Source: a virus (Duplodnaviria > Caudoviricetes). Taken from it: 60,263 nucleotides of DNA. The position numbers and the translations under genes are program-made. The DNA is taken from the IMG/VR virus record IMGVR_UViG_3300039002_000009, positions 1 through 60,263 of that record; one strand, written 5' to 3'. How positions within the stretch are numbered: the stretch's first letter is position 1; each line of letters begins with the position of its first letter. Below are positions 46,734 to 55,621 of this stretch, one piece after another. The notes beneath the pieces are model-generated. The model had not been told where the DNA came from. It saw nothing but the letters and a program-made list of their open reading frames with translations, and ran no database searches.

Positions 46734-47697
46734 TCGCGATATTCAAGAGGTTCTCCGAGATGTCCCCTGGAAAGACCTGAAGGGAGCCAAGATTCTCCTC
46801 TCTGGCGGGTCAGGGTTCGTGGGGTCCTGGATGGTGGATACATTCTACCATGCCAATCTGGAATATGAACTCGGAGCCACAATGACGGTCTTGACACGCG
46901 ATACGTGGAAGACCCTGCGCGGAATGGTCCACCTCCCCCAGAACGGATCGGTGACCGTACGTAAAGCCGATCTGGCTGATTCTTTCCCATCTCTAGGGTG
47001 CGGGTACACCCATATCGTTCATGCTGCATCGGAGAACCATAGAGACAGACTTTACATGCATGAAACGATTGTCGAAGGGACCAAGAAGATGCTGGAGGCT
47101 GCCTATCGTGACGGAGTGCATCGCTTCCTCTACCTCAGTTCAGGTGCGGCAGCTAAAGACCTCGATTCTATGGATCCCGAGAATGTCTACGGTATCTCTA
47201 AGAAGGCCGCCGAAAACCTGTGCACGATTTTTGTCCAGCGCGGTCTTCATGTGGCCGTTGCACGGGGCTATACCTTCTCAGGGCCACGTTTGCCTCTGGG
47301 CAAGAAGTTTGCGTTGGGAGAATTCGTAGAGGCCGGCCTGAAAGGTATGACCATTGGGACCACGAGCGGCAACACGGTTAGGTCCTACCTCTATGCATCT
47401 GATATGGCCACTTGGCTCTGGAAGATTCTTCTCAAATTCGAAAAGGGATCTGTAACTGATGTGGGATCAGATCGACCAGTCAGCATGGATACCGTTTCGT
47501 CTTATGTGGCTGCTCTGTGTGGAGTTAACCACAACTGCTATCTGACTGGCAACCCCGACACCTATTATCCGGGGTCCAGGGATGGTCGGCTTTTGGTCAA
47601 GGTCCCCTTCGAAGAGGGCGTTGAACGCATGGTTGACTGGTATAGGCATAACATGCCTAAAGATCTTGACAAACCAGGTAAAGAATTCTATCCTTAA
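46717..47697 (+). CDS. NAD-dependent epimerase/dehydratase (NDP-sugar)
   Basis: SGGSGFVG, HAAS, LSSGA, YGISK and VRSYLYASD. Confidence 0.92.
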   Translation: MPKLPDRDIQEVLRDVPWKDLKGAKILLSGGSGFVGSWMVDTFYHANLEYELGATMTVLTRDTWKTLRGMVHLPQNGSVTVRKADLADSFPSLGCGYTHIVHAASENHRDRLYMHETIVEGTKKMLEAAYRDGVHRFLYLSSGAAAKDLDSMDPENVYGISKKAAENLCTIFVQRGLHVAVARGYTFSGPRLPLGKKFALGEFVEAGLKGMTIGTTSGNTVRSYLYASDMATWLWKILLKFEKGSVTDVGSDRPVSMDTVSSYVAALCGVNHNCYLTGNPDTYYPGSRDGRLLVKVPFEEGVERMVDWYRHNMPKDLDKPGKEFYP

Positions 47698-47799
47698 GCA
47701 TGGCTCATCGGTGCCGCCTGGGTGACTGGTGACCCAAGGAGCGGACCCCGCTGCGGCTACCCACACTGTGAGGCTGGGTAGTTCGCCCGATAGATATGA

Positions 47800-47824
47800 A
47801 AAGGCCCCCATCTCTGGGGGCTTT
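47800..47824. terminator. bidirectional terminator between the convergent arms
   Basis: AAAGGCCCCCA-TCTC-TGGGGGCTTT with A/T tracts on both sides. Confidence 0.8.
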
Positions 47825-47827
47825 GGT

Positions 47828-48052
47828 TTATTGCATCACCAGGGGTGTTGTCTTCTCTTTGGTGTGAATGAAGGCCATGGCCTGCTCTGACCTCCCTTGT
47901 CGAATCTCGTAGAGGGCCTTGTCGATCCAATTGAACGGAATCCCTGTGACAGGCCCATTGGCGATGTGAGCCGCTAGGGCAGAGATGGGCTGTATGAGTC
48001 TATCTACGGGAGGAATAGGATCGCAGGCATCAGAAGGACAAATCTGAGTCAT
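47828..48052 (-). CDS. hypothetical protein
   Basis: 3' part of ORF 47828..48217; start uncertain. Confidence 0.45.
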   Translation of the reverse strand: MTQICPSDACDPIPPVDRLIQPISALAAHIANGPVTGIPFNWIDKALYEIRQGRSEQAMAFIHTKEKTTPLVMQ

Positions 48053-48446
48053 AGTCACTTCCGCCGTTGATGGTTGTAGTCTCTTCCTTGTCGGGAGCAG
48101 GCCGCTTCTCGCCGGATCGACCAAGAAGGATGAACTCTTTCGTATTGATCTCGATATACGTTTTCTTGAGGCCCTGCTTATCGGTATAGTCTCGGATATC
48201 AAGCTTCCCTTCGACATAGATCTGGTCCCCCGCCTTCACGTAGTCCATGACAACCTTGGCCTGGGGGCCATAGACAACCGCATGGAACCAGGATGTCTTG
48301 GTTTTCTTTTGGCCCTGCGAGTCCTTCCACTTCTCTGTGACTGCCACGGAAAATTTCGCTGATTCAATCCCTCCAGCAGTTACCTTACGTTCGGGGTCTT
48401 TCCCGACGTTCCCTATGAGTTCTGTCCGATTCAGGCTATAAGCCAT
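48030..48446 (-). CDS. ssb: single-stranded DNA-binding protein
   Basis: SLNRTELIGNVGKDPE...YVEGKL, acidic tail DSDLSF. Confidence 0.95.
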   Translation of the reverse strand: MAYSLNRTELIGNVGKDPERKVTAGGIESAKFSVAVTEKWKDSQGQKKTKTSWFHAVVYGPQAKVVMDYVKAGDQIYVEGKLDIRDYTDKQGLKKTYIEINTKEFILLGRSGEKRPAPDKEETTTINGGSDYDSDLSF

Positions 48447-48448
48447 CT

Positions 48449-48835
48449 TCACTCCTTCGTTCCGGTCTTTCCCGGATATGGTAGGACTGGACGTTGTTTG
48501 ATTCTTAGCTCGTGGCGTTTCGCGAGCATACAGTAAGCTAGTTCGAGGTCCAGCCCGCCCCGCTCCAGCCATGCCCATTCAATGATCTTGCCTTTGAGCG
48601 CCTCCCAAAGCCTGGGATCGGCGACCGGCATGACAAAGTATCCCTTGTCTGGACCATCGAGGATGAACTGATTCCGCTTACGCCATTGGATGAACCAAGC
48701 AAGAGCCCCGAATTGTAGGTCCTCTTCTCCATCCGTCCACACAAAGAGCACGTGCCGGAGGTTCGGAGGGTACCGGTCCTGGCCTTCGATCTGAGGCTCT
48801 TCATCAAAATCAAGACCTTCATCCCAGTCGGTCAT
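48449..48835 (-). CDS. hypothetical protein
   Basis: 128 aa, coupled to neighbours. Confidence 0.65.
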   Translation of the reverse strand: MTDWDEGLDFDEEPQIEGQDRYPPNLRHVLFVWTDGEEDLQFGALAWFIQWRKRNQFILDGPDKGYFVMPVADPRLWEALKGKIIEWAWLERGGLDLELAYCMLAKRHELRIKQRPVLPYPGKTGTKE

Positions 48836-49095
48836 GGTAATTGCTTCTTTTTGATTCGGTTCACGATATCATCGATGAAGGCTTCCGAACTTATTTGATT
48901 CAACGCTGTTTTTATTCTATATTCTATGGCTTGCGTATTGTAATAAACGGCGCTCTGCTGTCTTTCTACAGCGTCCTTTACCTGAGATCTAACCATCCCC
49001 TGGATTGCAGCAGGGTCGGTTCCCCATTCTTTTAGGATAGAGAAAACGATCTCTTTTATTTCCTCTTTAAGCTTCTCGTGTCTCTTGAAGAACAT
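48832..49095 (-). CDS. hypothetical protein
   Basis: AAGGAG RBS, AT-rich. Confidence 0.65.
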   Translation of the reverse strand: MFFKRHEKLKEEIKEIVFSILKEWGTDPAAIQGMVRSQVKDAVERQQSAVYYNTQAIEYRIKTALNQISSEAFIDDIVNRIKKKQLP

Positions 49096-49112
49096 CCACT
49101 CTCCTTAGATAT

Positions 49113-49137
49113 AAAAAGGGGGCGCAGTGCCCCCTTC
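49113..49137 (-). terminator. Rho-independent terminator
   Basis: AAGGGGGCAC-T-GCGCCCCCTTTT on the minus strand. Confidence 0.6.
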
Positions 49138-49161
49138 TAGATCACACGTGGAAGAACTTGG

Positions 49162-49290
49162 TTACATCTTCTTGTGCGTTTTCTTCTTCTGTGGCTTCAC
49201 CGGAGGTGCCGCCTTGGGGCCGATTTTCGGAAGCGATTTGGAGCTTTTGCCTCCGTCCATCGCGAGGAAGTTCTCTTTCTTTTTCTTCAT
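49162..49290 (-). CDS. very basic 42-aa protein
   Basis: GGAGG RBS. MKKKKENFLAMDGGKSSKSLPKIGPKAAPPVKPQKKKTHKKM. Confidence 0.55.
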   Translation of the reverse strand: MKKKKENFLAMDGGKSSKSLPKIGPKAAPPVKPQKKKTHKKM

Positions 49291-49372
49291 GATATTCCTC
49301 CATGGAAAGCCCCGGATCGCCGAGGGCTGGACTTGCAAGTAATCCAAGATTAAGGCTTGTCGGGCGCATTTG

Positions 49373-49852
49373 CTACCTCATAGGGAAGTCGGAAATACGG
49401 ATAACAAGGTAGGGGCTCTCCCCTGGGTTTAGGATACCGTTCGAGACATGATCCTCTAGGTGCTTCTCGTCGTCCTCCAGGATGAGCCCGTGCCCAATCC
49501 TGGACCGGTGCCAGGGCTCTCCCTTGCGCTTGCCGCTCTTGTAGATGCCTGACTCTTCCTTGGCTGGCCTCAGAACGTCAACCACGGGCTTCATCGAGAA
49601 CCAGAGGTTCTGACGGTCTAACGCTCGCTTCCCATAGCGAATGATCTCTAGATAGCGCTTCCCTTTGGGCCGGGAGATGGTGGCAAAACCTTCGGCTGAT
49701 CGGATGAGGTAGAACCAGTCTCGAAGGAGTTGTGTATAGACCGTCCAGTGCATCCGCTTAACCACGTTCCCGGATGGAGGGACTTGGTTGATCCTTAACG
49801 TCCAGGCACCTGGTTGGCTGGATCGGATAGGGATGTCTTCGAGAAGGCTCAT
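49373..49852 (-). CDS. RusA-like Holliday junction resolvase
   Basis: PPSGN, LDRQNL..SMKPVVDVL and GLILEDD. Confidence 0.7.
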   Translation of the reverse strand: MSLLEDIPIRSSQPGAWTLRINQVPPSGNVVKRMHWTVYTQLLRDWFYLIRSAEGFATISRPKGKRYLEIIRYGKRALDRQNLWFSMKPVVDVLRPAKEESGIYKSGKRKGEPWHRSRIGHGLILEDDEKHLEDHVSNGILNPGESPYLVIRISDFPMR

Positions 49853-50052
49853 ACTCTGAAGATCCTTTTGAAGCATCGTTTTAGAATGCCATCGGGAGGG
49901 TCGGGCCTAGGAGCCCATCCATGGAAATCAGGTCCACATGCATCAGGGAGCATGTTTGCAAATCGTCGTTCAGTTTTCCACGAATATCCCGTCCTGGCGC
50001 ATACATTGTCTTGTCTATACGCGCAGTTTTGGCATGTCTTAATCTCAATCAT
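49849..50052 (-). CDS. small Cys-rich protein
   Basis: CQNC...C...CGP...W, GGAGG RBS. Confidence 0.65.
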   Translation of the reverse strand: MIEIKTCQNCAYRQDNVCARTGYSWKTERRFANMLPDACGPDFHGWAPRPDPPDGILKRCFKRIFRV

Positions 50053-51367
50053 GTTTACCTCCTGGTATATCAGCCTGAATCACAGGGCCAGCGCCGATCT
50101 GTGAGAACAGCTCGTACATCGCCCCTGCCTTGTCCTTTGCGTCCTTGACGTTTTTGACGAATGCCTCCCAGCTCGCAGCCTTCTCAGGGGCAAGTCCCAG
50201 GTCTCGACAAGCCGTGGTCGCCACTGCAATGACATTTTGGAGCGTTACTTCAACCAGGGGATTGATGGCATTCGGGGATTCGGAATCCGGCCCCCTGAAT
50301 TCGAGGTGCGCCGTCCGCAGCGCCAACCGGTCCAGGGATGTTTTGATCCCCCGAATGGACTCTGTTGGGAATCCCTCAGCATTCGGGAGAGCCTTGATCT
50401 CGTCCCCCAGGCGCATGATCTCTTCCATGGCCATGATCGAGAACTTGAGCACGGCGGGATAGACCTTCTTGCCCTTCTCTTCCTTGGGCCGAAAGTCCGC
50501 AGGGGCCAGTTCCTTCTCTTGGGCCGATGCTGGCGCCTCGGTGGCCCTAGGACGCCCTGGCTTTCTTTTGGCCTTGGTGTCTAGGGGGACGACGTTATCA
50601 GCAGCCTGGGGAGTCTCCGGCGCTTGGGGTTGGGCATCCAAGGGTGGGTCTTCCTTTGGTGCGGTCTTCTTGGATAGCTTTGTTTCAAGCTCCTGATTGG
50701 CCGGGAGAGGTTCCTCAACTGCTTCAGGCTCTTCTACCGGGGGGGCGATAGGCATATCGAAGTCCAGGCCGTCTTCAAAGTTAGCCTCGGAAGAATCAGG
50801 AGACTTTTCTACTTCAGGCTCGGGCTCTGTCGCAGGAGGTTCTTCTTCGGGGGCTTCTTCCTCTTCGGCCAATCGCTCAGCCAAAGACGGCACAGCTTCC
50901 GGCATCATCGCAGCCAGATCCCCCCAGGACCGGACGAAGTTCTTCCATAGAGCTTCGTCTTTCAGTTCCGGGAACTGGGCAACCAGGGTGTTCCGATAGC
51001 CCATGATGTTGCGTGGCCATTGGAAGGTCCACGTCGTGTTTCGGTCATCATCGTCCACATCTACGAGGCAAGAATGCTTCAGGAGATGGTCCTTGATGAC
51101 CAGGGCGCATGCCATCCCATGCCAGTCGTCGCCAACCTTATGGCTTTTAGGGTCAGGAGACATCTGGCATGTACAGTGAGCCGCAGGAGTTCGGCTCATG
51201 ATGGCGATATCATTCTCGTCCCACACAAGAGTGATTCGATCGGGATCAGGGAAATCGATAGCGAACAGGCCCATGACCGCCAGGATGTTATTCTTCTCGC
51301 GTTCAGGATCCGGCTTATTTAGCAGAAGCAGGTCCTTGATTCGCGTTTTCAGATCCTTCTCTTTCAT
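50045..51367 (-). CDS. hypothetical protein with acidic Pro-rich linker and AT-hook-like KRKPGRPR
   Basis: AAAGGAG RBS before ATG 51367. Confidence 0.7.
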   Translation of the reverse strand: MKEKDLKTRIKDLLLLNKPDPEREKNNILAVMGLFAIDFPDPDRITLVWDENDIAIMSRTPAAHCTCQMSPDPKSHKVGDDWHGMACALVIKDHLLKHSCLVDVDDDDRNTTWTFQWPRNIMGYRNTLVAQFPELKDEALWKNFVRSWGDLAAMMPEAVPSLAERLAEEEEAPEEEPPATEPEPEVEKSPDSSEANFEDGLDFDMPIAPPVEEPEAVEEPLPANQELETKLSKKTAPKEDPPLDAQPQAPETPQAADNVVPLDTKAKRKPGRPRATEAPASAQEKELAPADFRPKEEKGKKVYPAVLKFSIMAMEEIMRLGDEIKALPNAEGFPTESIRGIKTSLDRLALRTAHLEFRGPDSESPNAINPLVEVTLQNVIAVATTACRDLGLAPEKAASWEAFVKNVKDAKDKAGAMYELFSQIGAGPVIQADIPGGKHD

Positions 51368-51716
51368 TAGTACTCCTTTCGCGTCTAAGCCGTTCGGCTC
51401 GTTCGGCATAGTACCGAAGTTTTTCAGGTTCTATCAGCATGTTGAAGATGGCGTCCACACGGCGCTGTTCCATGGATTCGCAGTAGGGCGATCCACATGT
51501 AGAAACACCCTGAATACATCCCATGATCGGACCGTACCGTGGTCTATGGATAGTGAACGGGTCCGGGGGAACGATGAGCAGACCTCGATAGGTGAAGGCT
51601 TCGGATCCGCAGATGTAGCAGTTGAATCTTACGTCTTTGGGGGTACGAGTCTTAGGAGCGTCGGGTTCGTGCTCGTATACGTGACCAGTTTTACGTTCTA
51701 ATACTACGTAGCGCAT
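51315..51716 (-). CDS. zinc-binding hypothetical protein
   Basis: CYICG...CGSPYC, GGAGG RBS. Confidence 0.65.
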   Translation of the reverse strand: MRYVVLERKTGHVYEHEPDAPKTRTPKDVRFNCYICGSEAFTYRGLLIVPPDPFTIHRPRYGPIMGCIQGVSTCGSPYCESMEQRRVDAIFNMLIEPEKLRYYAERAERLRRERSTNEREGSENANQGPASAK

Positions 51717-51733
51717 TTAAATCCTCCGAGATT

Positions 51734-52096
51734 CTACAGTTCGATGCCCTCTTCGGATATTTCTCCATCTACTACGGTTAACCTAGAAATATAATCTCCA
51801 CCTTCCCAAATGAGAGTGGCAACCAAACTACCTTGAGTTTGCTGGAGCAGGATTTTGAGTTCATCGAACCCATGGCCACTCCCTTCTCCCGAATGGTGTA
51901 TTTGGGAAATCTCGATCCATCCATCTACAAGTTTGCCTTCCAGTTCAAATTTCTCAGAAAACTCTGCCCCATAAATATGGATGATATTTGTTTGGAAATT
52001 GATTCTCGTATAATCTTCAAGATCTTGAATGTCTTTGGCTAATATTCTGAAGTTTTTTAATTCTTTTGTCTTCCATGTTGAAATATTGTAAGACAT
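51734..52096 (-). CDS. hypothetical protein (AT-rich)
   Basis: 120 aa, GAGGAG RBS. Confidence 0.7.
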   Translation of the reverse strand: MSYNISTWKTKELKNFRILAKDIQDLEDYTRINFQTNIIHIYGAEFSEKFELEGKLVDGWIEISQIHHSGEGSGHGFDELKILLQQTQGSLVATLIWEGGDYISRLTVVDGEISEEGIEL

Positions 52097-52108
52097 AGTT
52101 TCTCCTCT

Positions 52109-52876
52109 TTAGGCTAATCTCAAGTCGGGCAGATCTGGTGGAAGTTCGATTGCTGGTGCCAAGCCGATAAGACGGCTAATCAGGCGTGGCCCGTAGTAGT
52201 TTGGCTCACTCATCTGTTCTACCGTGTGGTTGCTCGTCCAGAACAGCTTCGCATCGTTGTTGTAGAGCGCGTCGATCAGGTTCTCTAGTTCCTCGGTAGT
52301 ATAGGCATTCTCCTTGATGGTCTCCTCGCCGATGTCATCGAGGATGAGGATGCGATCAGGGTAGGCCGTAGCCCAGATGATGAGCTGTTGCACAGAAGCA
52401 TCCTTGTCATCCCACAGTCGGCGTGCGCTAAGGCCCTTCATCCTCCGAGAGTAGGCAGGCCAGCTCACCCACATAATATCAGTCCTAAGCCTAGGTTCGA
52501 TTCGGTGGATGATGTTCCCTCCAAACTCCGAGGCTTCTTCCATCTTCGTCGGGCCGGCCTCGGCGAGTTCTTGGCGAAGCAATTCCTTAAGGCAAACAGC
52601 CAACGCGCAGGATTTTCCACAACCAGTGGGTCCAATAATTCCGAAGCAAGATTCGGGGAAGGACTGGAAAGCTTGACGGTTATAGAGCAGCCTCGGAATC
52701 CTTTCCATTGTTCCCTTAGTTGTGCGCGGAGGGACGCCAATCTCCAGCAGAGTTTTTTGAATTCTCTTTGGGAACCCTTCAGCCTTTTCTTTTTCGAATT
52801 CTTGTTCGAGGAAAAGATTTTCATTGGCGATCCTAGTACCTGCGCCTGTCAGCAAATCGGCTAGTGGATGAGACAT
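52109..52876 (-). CDS. DnaC/IstB-like AAA+ helicase loader
   Basis: GPTGCGKS, LILDDIGEE, WTSN and RLISRL. Confidence 0.88.
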   Translation of the reverse strand: MSHPLADLLTGAGTRIANENLFLEQEFEKEKAEGFPKRIQKTLLEIGVPPRTTKGTMERIPRLLYNRQAFQSFPESCFGIIGPTGCGKSCALAVCLKELLRQELAEAGPTKMEEASEFGGNIIHRIEPRLRTDIMWVSWPAYSRRMKGLSARRLWDDKDASVQQLIIWATAYPDRILILDDIGEETIKENAYTTEELENLIDALYNNDAKLFWTSNHTVEQMSEPNYYGPRLISRLIGLAPAIELPPDLPDLRLA

Positions 52877-53621
52877 GTGCCTTCTCCTGCGTTTTGAAGT
52901 CTTCTTGCTCTGCCAGTTTGGCAGCCTTGCCGTCCTGTAAGAGGTAATCAATATCCGCCTTCCAACTGCGGTCATTCTTCCCAAGATGGAAGTCTGAGGT
53001 TGCCACGTAAGAAGCAGCCTTGCGGAAGTCATCAAGCCATCCAGACTCCTTGAGCCGAGCAAGGATTATAACTGAACGCTTCGCTCCAGCTTTCTCAGCC
53101 TTAGGGAGCTTCCCTGCTGTCGCACTGTTCCAGATATCTAAGACCTCTTGGATGGATTTGCTTTTTTGAGTCTCTTTTGGAGGAGAATCATCAAAGTCTA
53201 TGTCGCCAAAACCACTAAGCTCCGCAGGAGCCAAAGGTGGATTGTCGTTTTCTGGTTTAGAGGATTGTGGATTATGGATTGTGGTTAGGGTTAAGGGTTG
53301 GTCAAGCATACCTTGAGCGGTGCTTAAGCCAGGGTTTAGTGGGGCTTGAGGATGGCTTAAGCGGTGCTTCGGAGAACCACCCTTTGACCCATGTCTTGAG
53401 CAGTCTTCCCTGAACCTTTCGGCTTCGTCCCTCATTCCTTTCCCCATACCATATCCAGCAAGGAAAGCCGGGGAAGCCCCCTCCAGGATCTTCCCATTGT
53501 TTACGCCTCTCCATAAGCCATTTGAAAAATCAGAATGGTCGTCCCTCCCATCTAGTGTCGCCCATACCGCATTGAATTGGTCTATATTCATACGTAGGTT
53601 CCATGTCCTAGATATAGCCAT
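52833..53621 (-). CDS. phage replication initiator
   Basis: GSKGG, internal low-complexity linker, WN...R...GKNDRSWKADIDYLL. Lies upstream of the DnaC-like gene. Confidence 0.8.
   Translation of the reverse strand: MAISRTWNLRMNIDQFNAVWATLDGRDDHSDFSNGLWRGVNNGKILEGASPAFLAGYGMGKGMRDEAERFREDCSRHGSKGGSPKHRLSHPQAPLNPGLSTAQGMLDQPLTLTTIHNPQSSKPENDNPPLAPAELSGFGDIDFDDSPPKETQKSKSIQEVLDIWNSATAGKLPKAEKAGAKRSVIILARLKESGWLDDFRKAASYVATSDFHLGKNDRSWKADIDYLLQDGKAAKLAEQEDFKTQEKAHVSSTSRFADRRRY
53262..53370. repeat. iteron-like repeats inside the initiator gene (candidate ori)
   Basis: GGATT(G/A)T x3, GCGGTGCTT x2, GCTTAAGC x2. Confidence 0.5.
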
Positions 53622-53760
53622 TTTGAGTTATCCAAGGTTGGCACACCCCACCGGATGAAAAACGCAGATGCTACCGTGCCGGCCATTTTCGGCACCGCTA
53701 TTCTGCCCGGTGGGGCGATGGATTTGATGGTCACGCGGTTTTCATTCCGCACGTGCCACC

Positions 53761-53789
53761 AATATGGGACGAATGAGTTGATAAGTCAA
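53761..53789 (-). promoter_or_regulatory. sigma70-like promoter for the replication genes
   Basis: TTGACT-N17-CATATT. Confidence 0.65.
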
Positions 53790-53805
53790 GATGTCCTCCT
53801 GTCCT

Positions 53806-54135
53806 TTACCCCTTAAACGGGAATTGAAGACGATCTGCCAACACGATATTGCTGGTATACCCTGACTCTTCCGCAACATGTCTTGCCTTGACGATGTGTC
53901 CTATCCCTGCTACTTCTATCCCAGACTTCAGCTTAGAGCGATATGCATTTGTGTTCTTGGTACCCGTGACCACGATGCGAACGTAGATAATGTCCTTGTA
54001 GTAATTGCCGTACCTATCATTCGTGGGAGATACGGCCATGATGGTAAACATGAGCCATGGATAAGGACGCTTGCCTTCCCAAACGCGGCCATCAATCACA
54101 CCACCAAAGTGGACATCTGCGTAAGAGAGGGTCAC
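53806..54135 (-). CDS. divergent SSB-like OB-fold protein
   Basis: V.FGG.I...FTIMAV...YVRIVVTG...LKSG.EV..IG.I...IVLADRLQF. Confidence 0.6.
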   Translation of the reverse strand: MTLSYADVHFGGVIDGRVWEGKRPYPWLMFTIMAVSPTNDRYGNYYKDIIYVRIVVTGTKNTNAYRSKLKSGIEVAGIGHIVKARHVAEESGYTSNIVLADRLQFPFKG

Positions 54136-54302
54136 GGAAGAATACTCAGTTTATCCCTGATCTCAAAATAGACATTTGATCCAAGCGGAGCGCCGTCTTT
54201 GATAAGTTCGTGGATCTTCCAAAGACGACCACGAAGATCGTCAACAATTTCTGCATAGTCTCGAATTGCCTTACAGTAGCCTTCTTCGTCATCCCTATTC
54301 AT
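54132..54302 (-). CDS. small hypothetical protein (56 aa)
   Basis: Manual translation MNRDDEEGYCKAIRDY..., overlaps coupled on both sides. Confidence 0.6.
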   Translation of the reverse strand: MNRDDEEGYCKAIRDYAEIVDDLRGRLWKIHELIKDGAPLGSNVYFEIRDKLSILP

Positions 54303-55372
54303 TTCGGGATCCTCATCTTATCGCCGTAGCCTTGCATGGCCTTAGCAAGAGCCAGAATCTTTTCTTCCTTAGACTCTCCACCTTGGAATTGCAAGAGGGC
54401 CTTGGTTTTGTCACGAATCTTGACAGCTTCAGCATGAGGGTCCGTAGCTCCCGCCTCCTTATAGGCCCGTTCGAATCGTTCACAGGCATCGTTATATGCC
54501 TTCTTCGCGAACTCCGGGAATTCGGGATCACTTGGTTTCGGCTCATCAGGACCCACCATAGGAGGAGGGATCGGGGGAGGTTCAGACTTAGCCGGCTCGG
54601 GAGGGGGGGGATGCGTAGCGGCTTTCTTGGCCTTCTCTGCCGCGATAGCCGATTTGAACGCCATGATGAAATCTTTGAGGCCCTTGAGAACTTTAGTTGA
54701 AGGATCAGACTTCTTGCGTTCATCCCACTTTGCCTTCTGTTCTTCGTATTTCTCGGGATGACCACCTTCTTTATAGAGTTTGTAAAGGTCATCCAAGAGC
54801 GAGACATAGGCGCTTTGTTCATCCACGCTCCAACCATCAGTCTGCGGCGGTGGTGCGAGGGTCCCTTTAGGTTTGTCGTCAGGGATGATTTCAGATACGA
54901 CAGCGCCGGGAATAGTCTCAACCTCTGTCTCATCCATCATACCGAGACCCATGTGCGCCAAGACAGAACGTCGAATGGCCTTTGTCGTGGCCTTTAGCAT
55001 AGCGTTAGCCTTAGCATCACCCTTGAGCCCTTCCACCGGAACAGCACCCATATTCTCAGTAGATCTTCCATCAGGGCCGGTGACGCGGCAGAAGACGCAA
55101 TATACACCTTCTGATACTTCGCGAGCAGTGATGGTGTGACTAAGTTTGTGGATACTTGTGAGCTGCTGCGTGCAGCTTGCGTTGGCGTAAAGAATCTCTT
55201 TCCCATTGAGAGAAAGAAGGTCGAAGGGCTTGGCGCTTGGATCTAGCCCTGCTTGCTGGCAACGGTAGTTGTAATACTCGACTTTCTGTATTGGCGAGAG
55301 ACGTTTAAGGTCTCCGTTGATCACTAAAGAAGAGATGATCTCTGGGTTCAGGGTTCTAAGTTCGTCAGCCAT
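54299..55372 (-). CDS. RecT/Red-beta-like single-strand annealing protein
   Basis: C...GLDP..KPF, AMLKATTKAIRR.VL...G.GMMDETE. Confidence 0.75.
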   Translation of the reverse strand: MADELRTLNPEIISSLVINGDLKRLSPIQKVEYYNYRCQQAGLDPSAKPFDLLSLNGKEILYANASCTQQLTSIHKLSHTITAREVSEGVYCVFCRVTGPDGRSTENMGAVPVEGLKGDAKANAMLKATTKAIRRSVLAHMGLGMMDETEVETIPGAVVSEIIPDDKPKGTLAPPPQTDGWSVDEQSAYVSLLDDLYKLYKEGGHPEKYEEQKAKWDERKKSDPSTKVLKGLKDFIMAFKSAIAAEKAKKAATHPPPPEPAKSEPPPIPPPMVGPDEPKPSDPEFPEFAKKAYNDACERFERAYKEAGATDPHAEAVKIRDKTKALLQFQGGESKEEKILALAKAMQGYGDKMRIPK

Positions 55373-55619
55373 TGCTCACCTGCCTCAGTGTATAGATGTT
55401 GATTTCTTTCCCAGCAAAGGCGATCAAAGCGGAGTCTTCAGCCTCTTTATGCTTTGCGATAAATTTTTCGGCAGCCTTAAATGTTTTGAACGTGTAGTAA
55501 TAATCGGAGCCGGTCTTGCCAATCCGGTGTGGATGGCACCACACCCGAATCTCTGGAGATGCCAAATTCCCATTCACTTCTTGGATAACGTCTCTTGTAT
55601 AGGGGATATGTTTGGTCAT
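55365..55619 (-). CDS. hypothetical protein
   Basis: 84 aa, GGAG RBS. Confidence 0.65.
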   Translation of the reverse strand: MTKHIPYTRDVIQEVNGNLASPEIRVWCHPHRIGKTGSDYYYTFKTFKAAEKFIAKHKEAEDSALIAFAGKEINIYTLRQVSNG

Positions 55620-55621
55620 AT

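Noticed and set aside
47703-47795. tRNA gene
   Set aside because: No TTCRA T-loop, D-loop GG or 7-nt anticodon loop. Kept only as a structured-RNA candidate.
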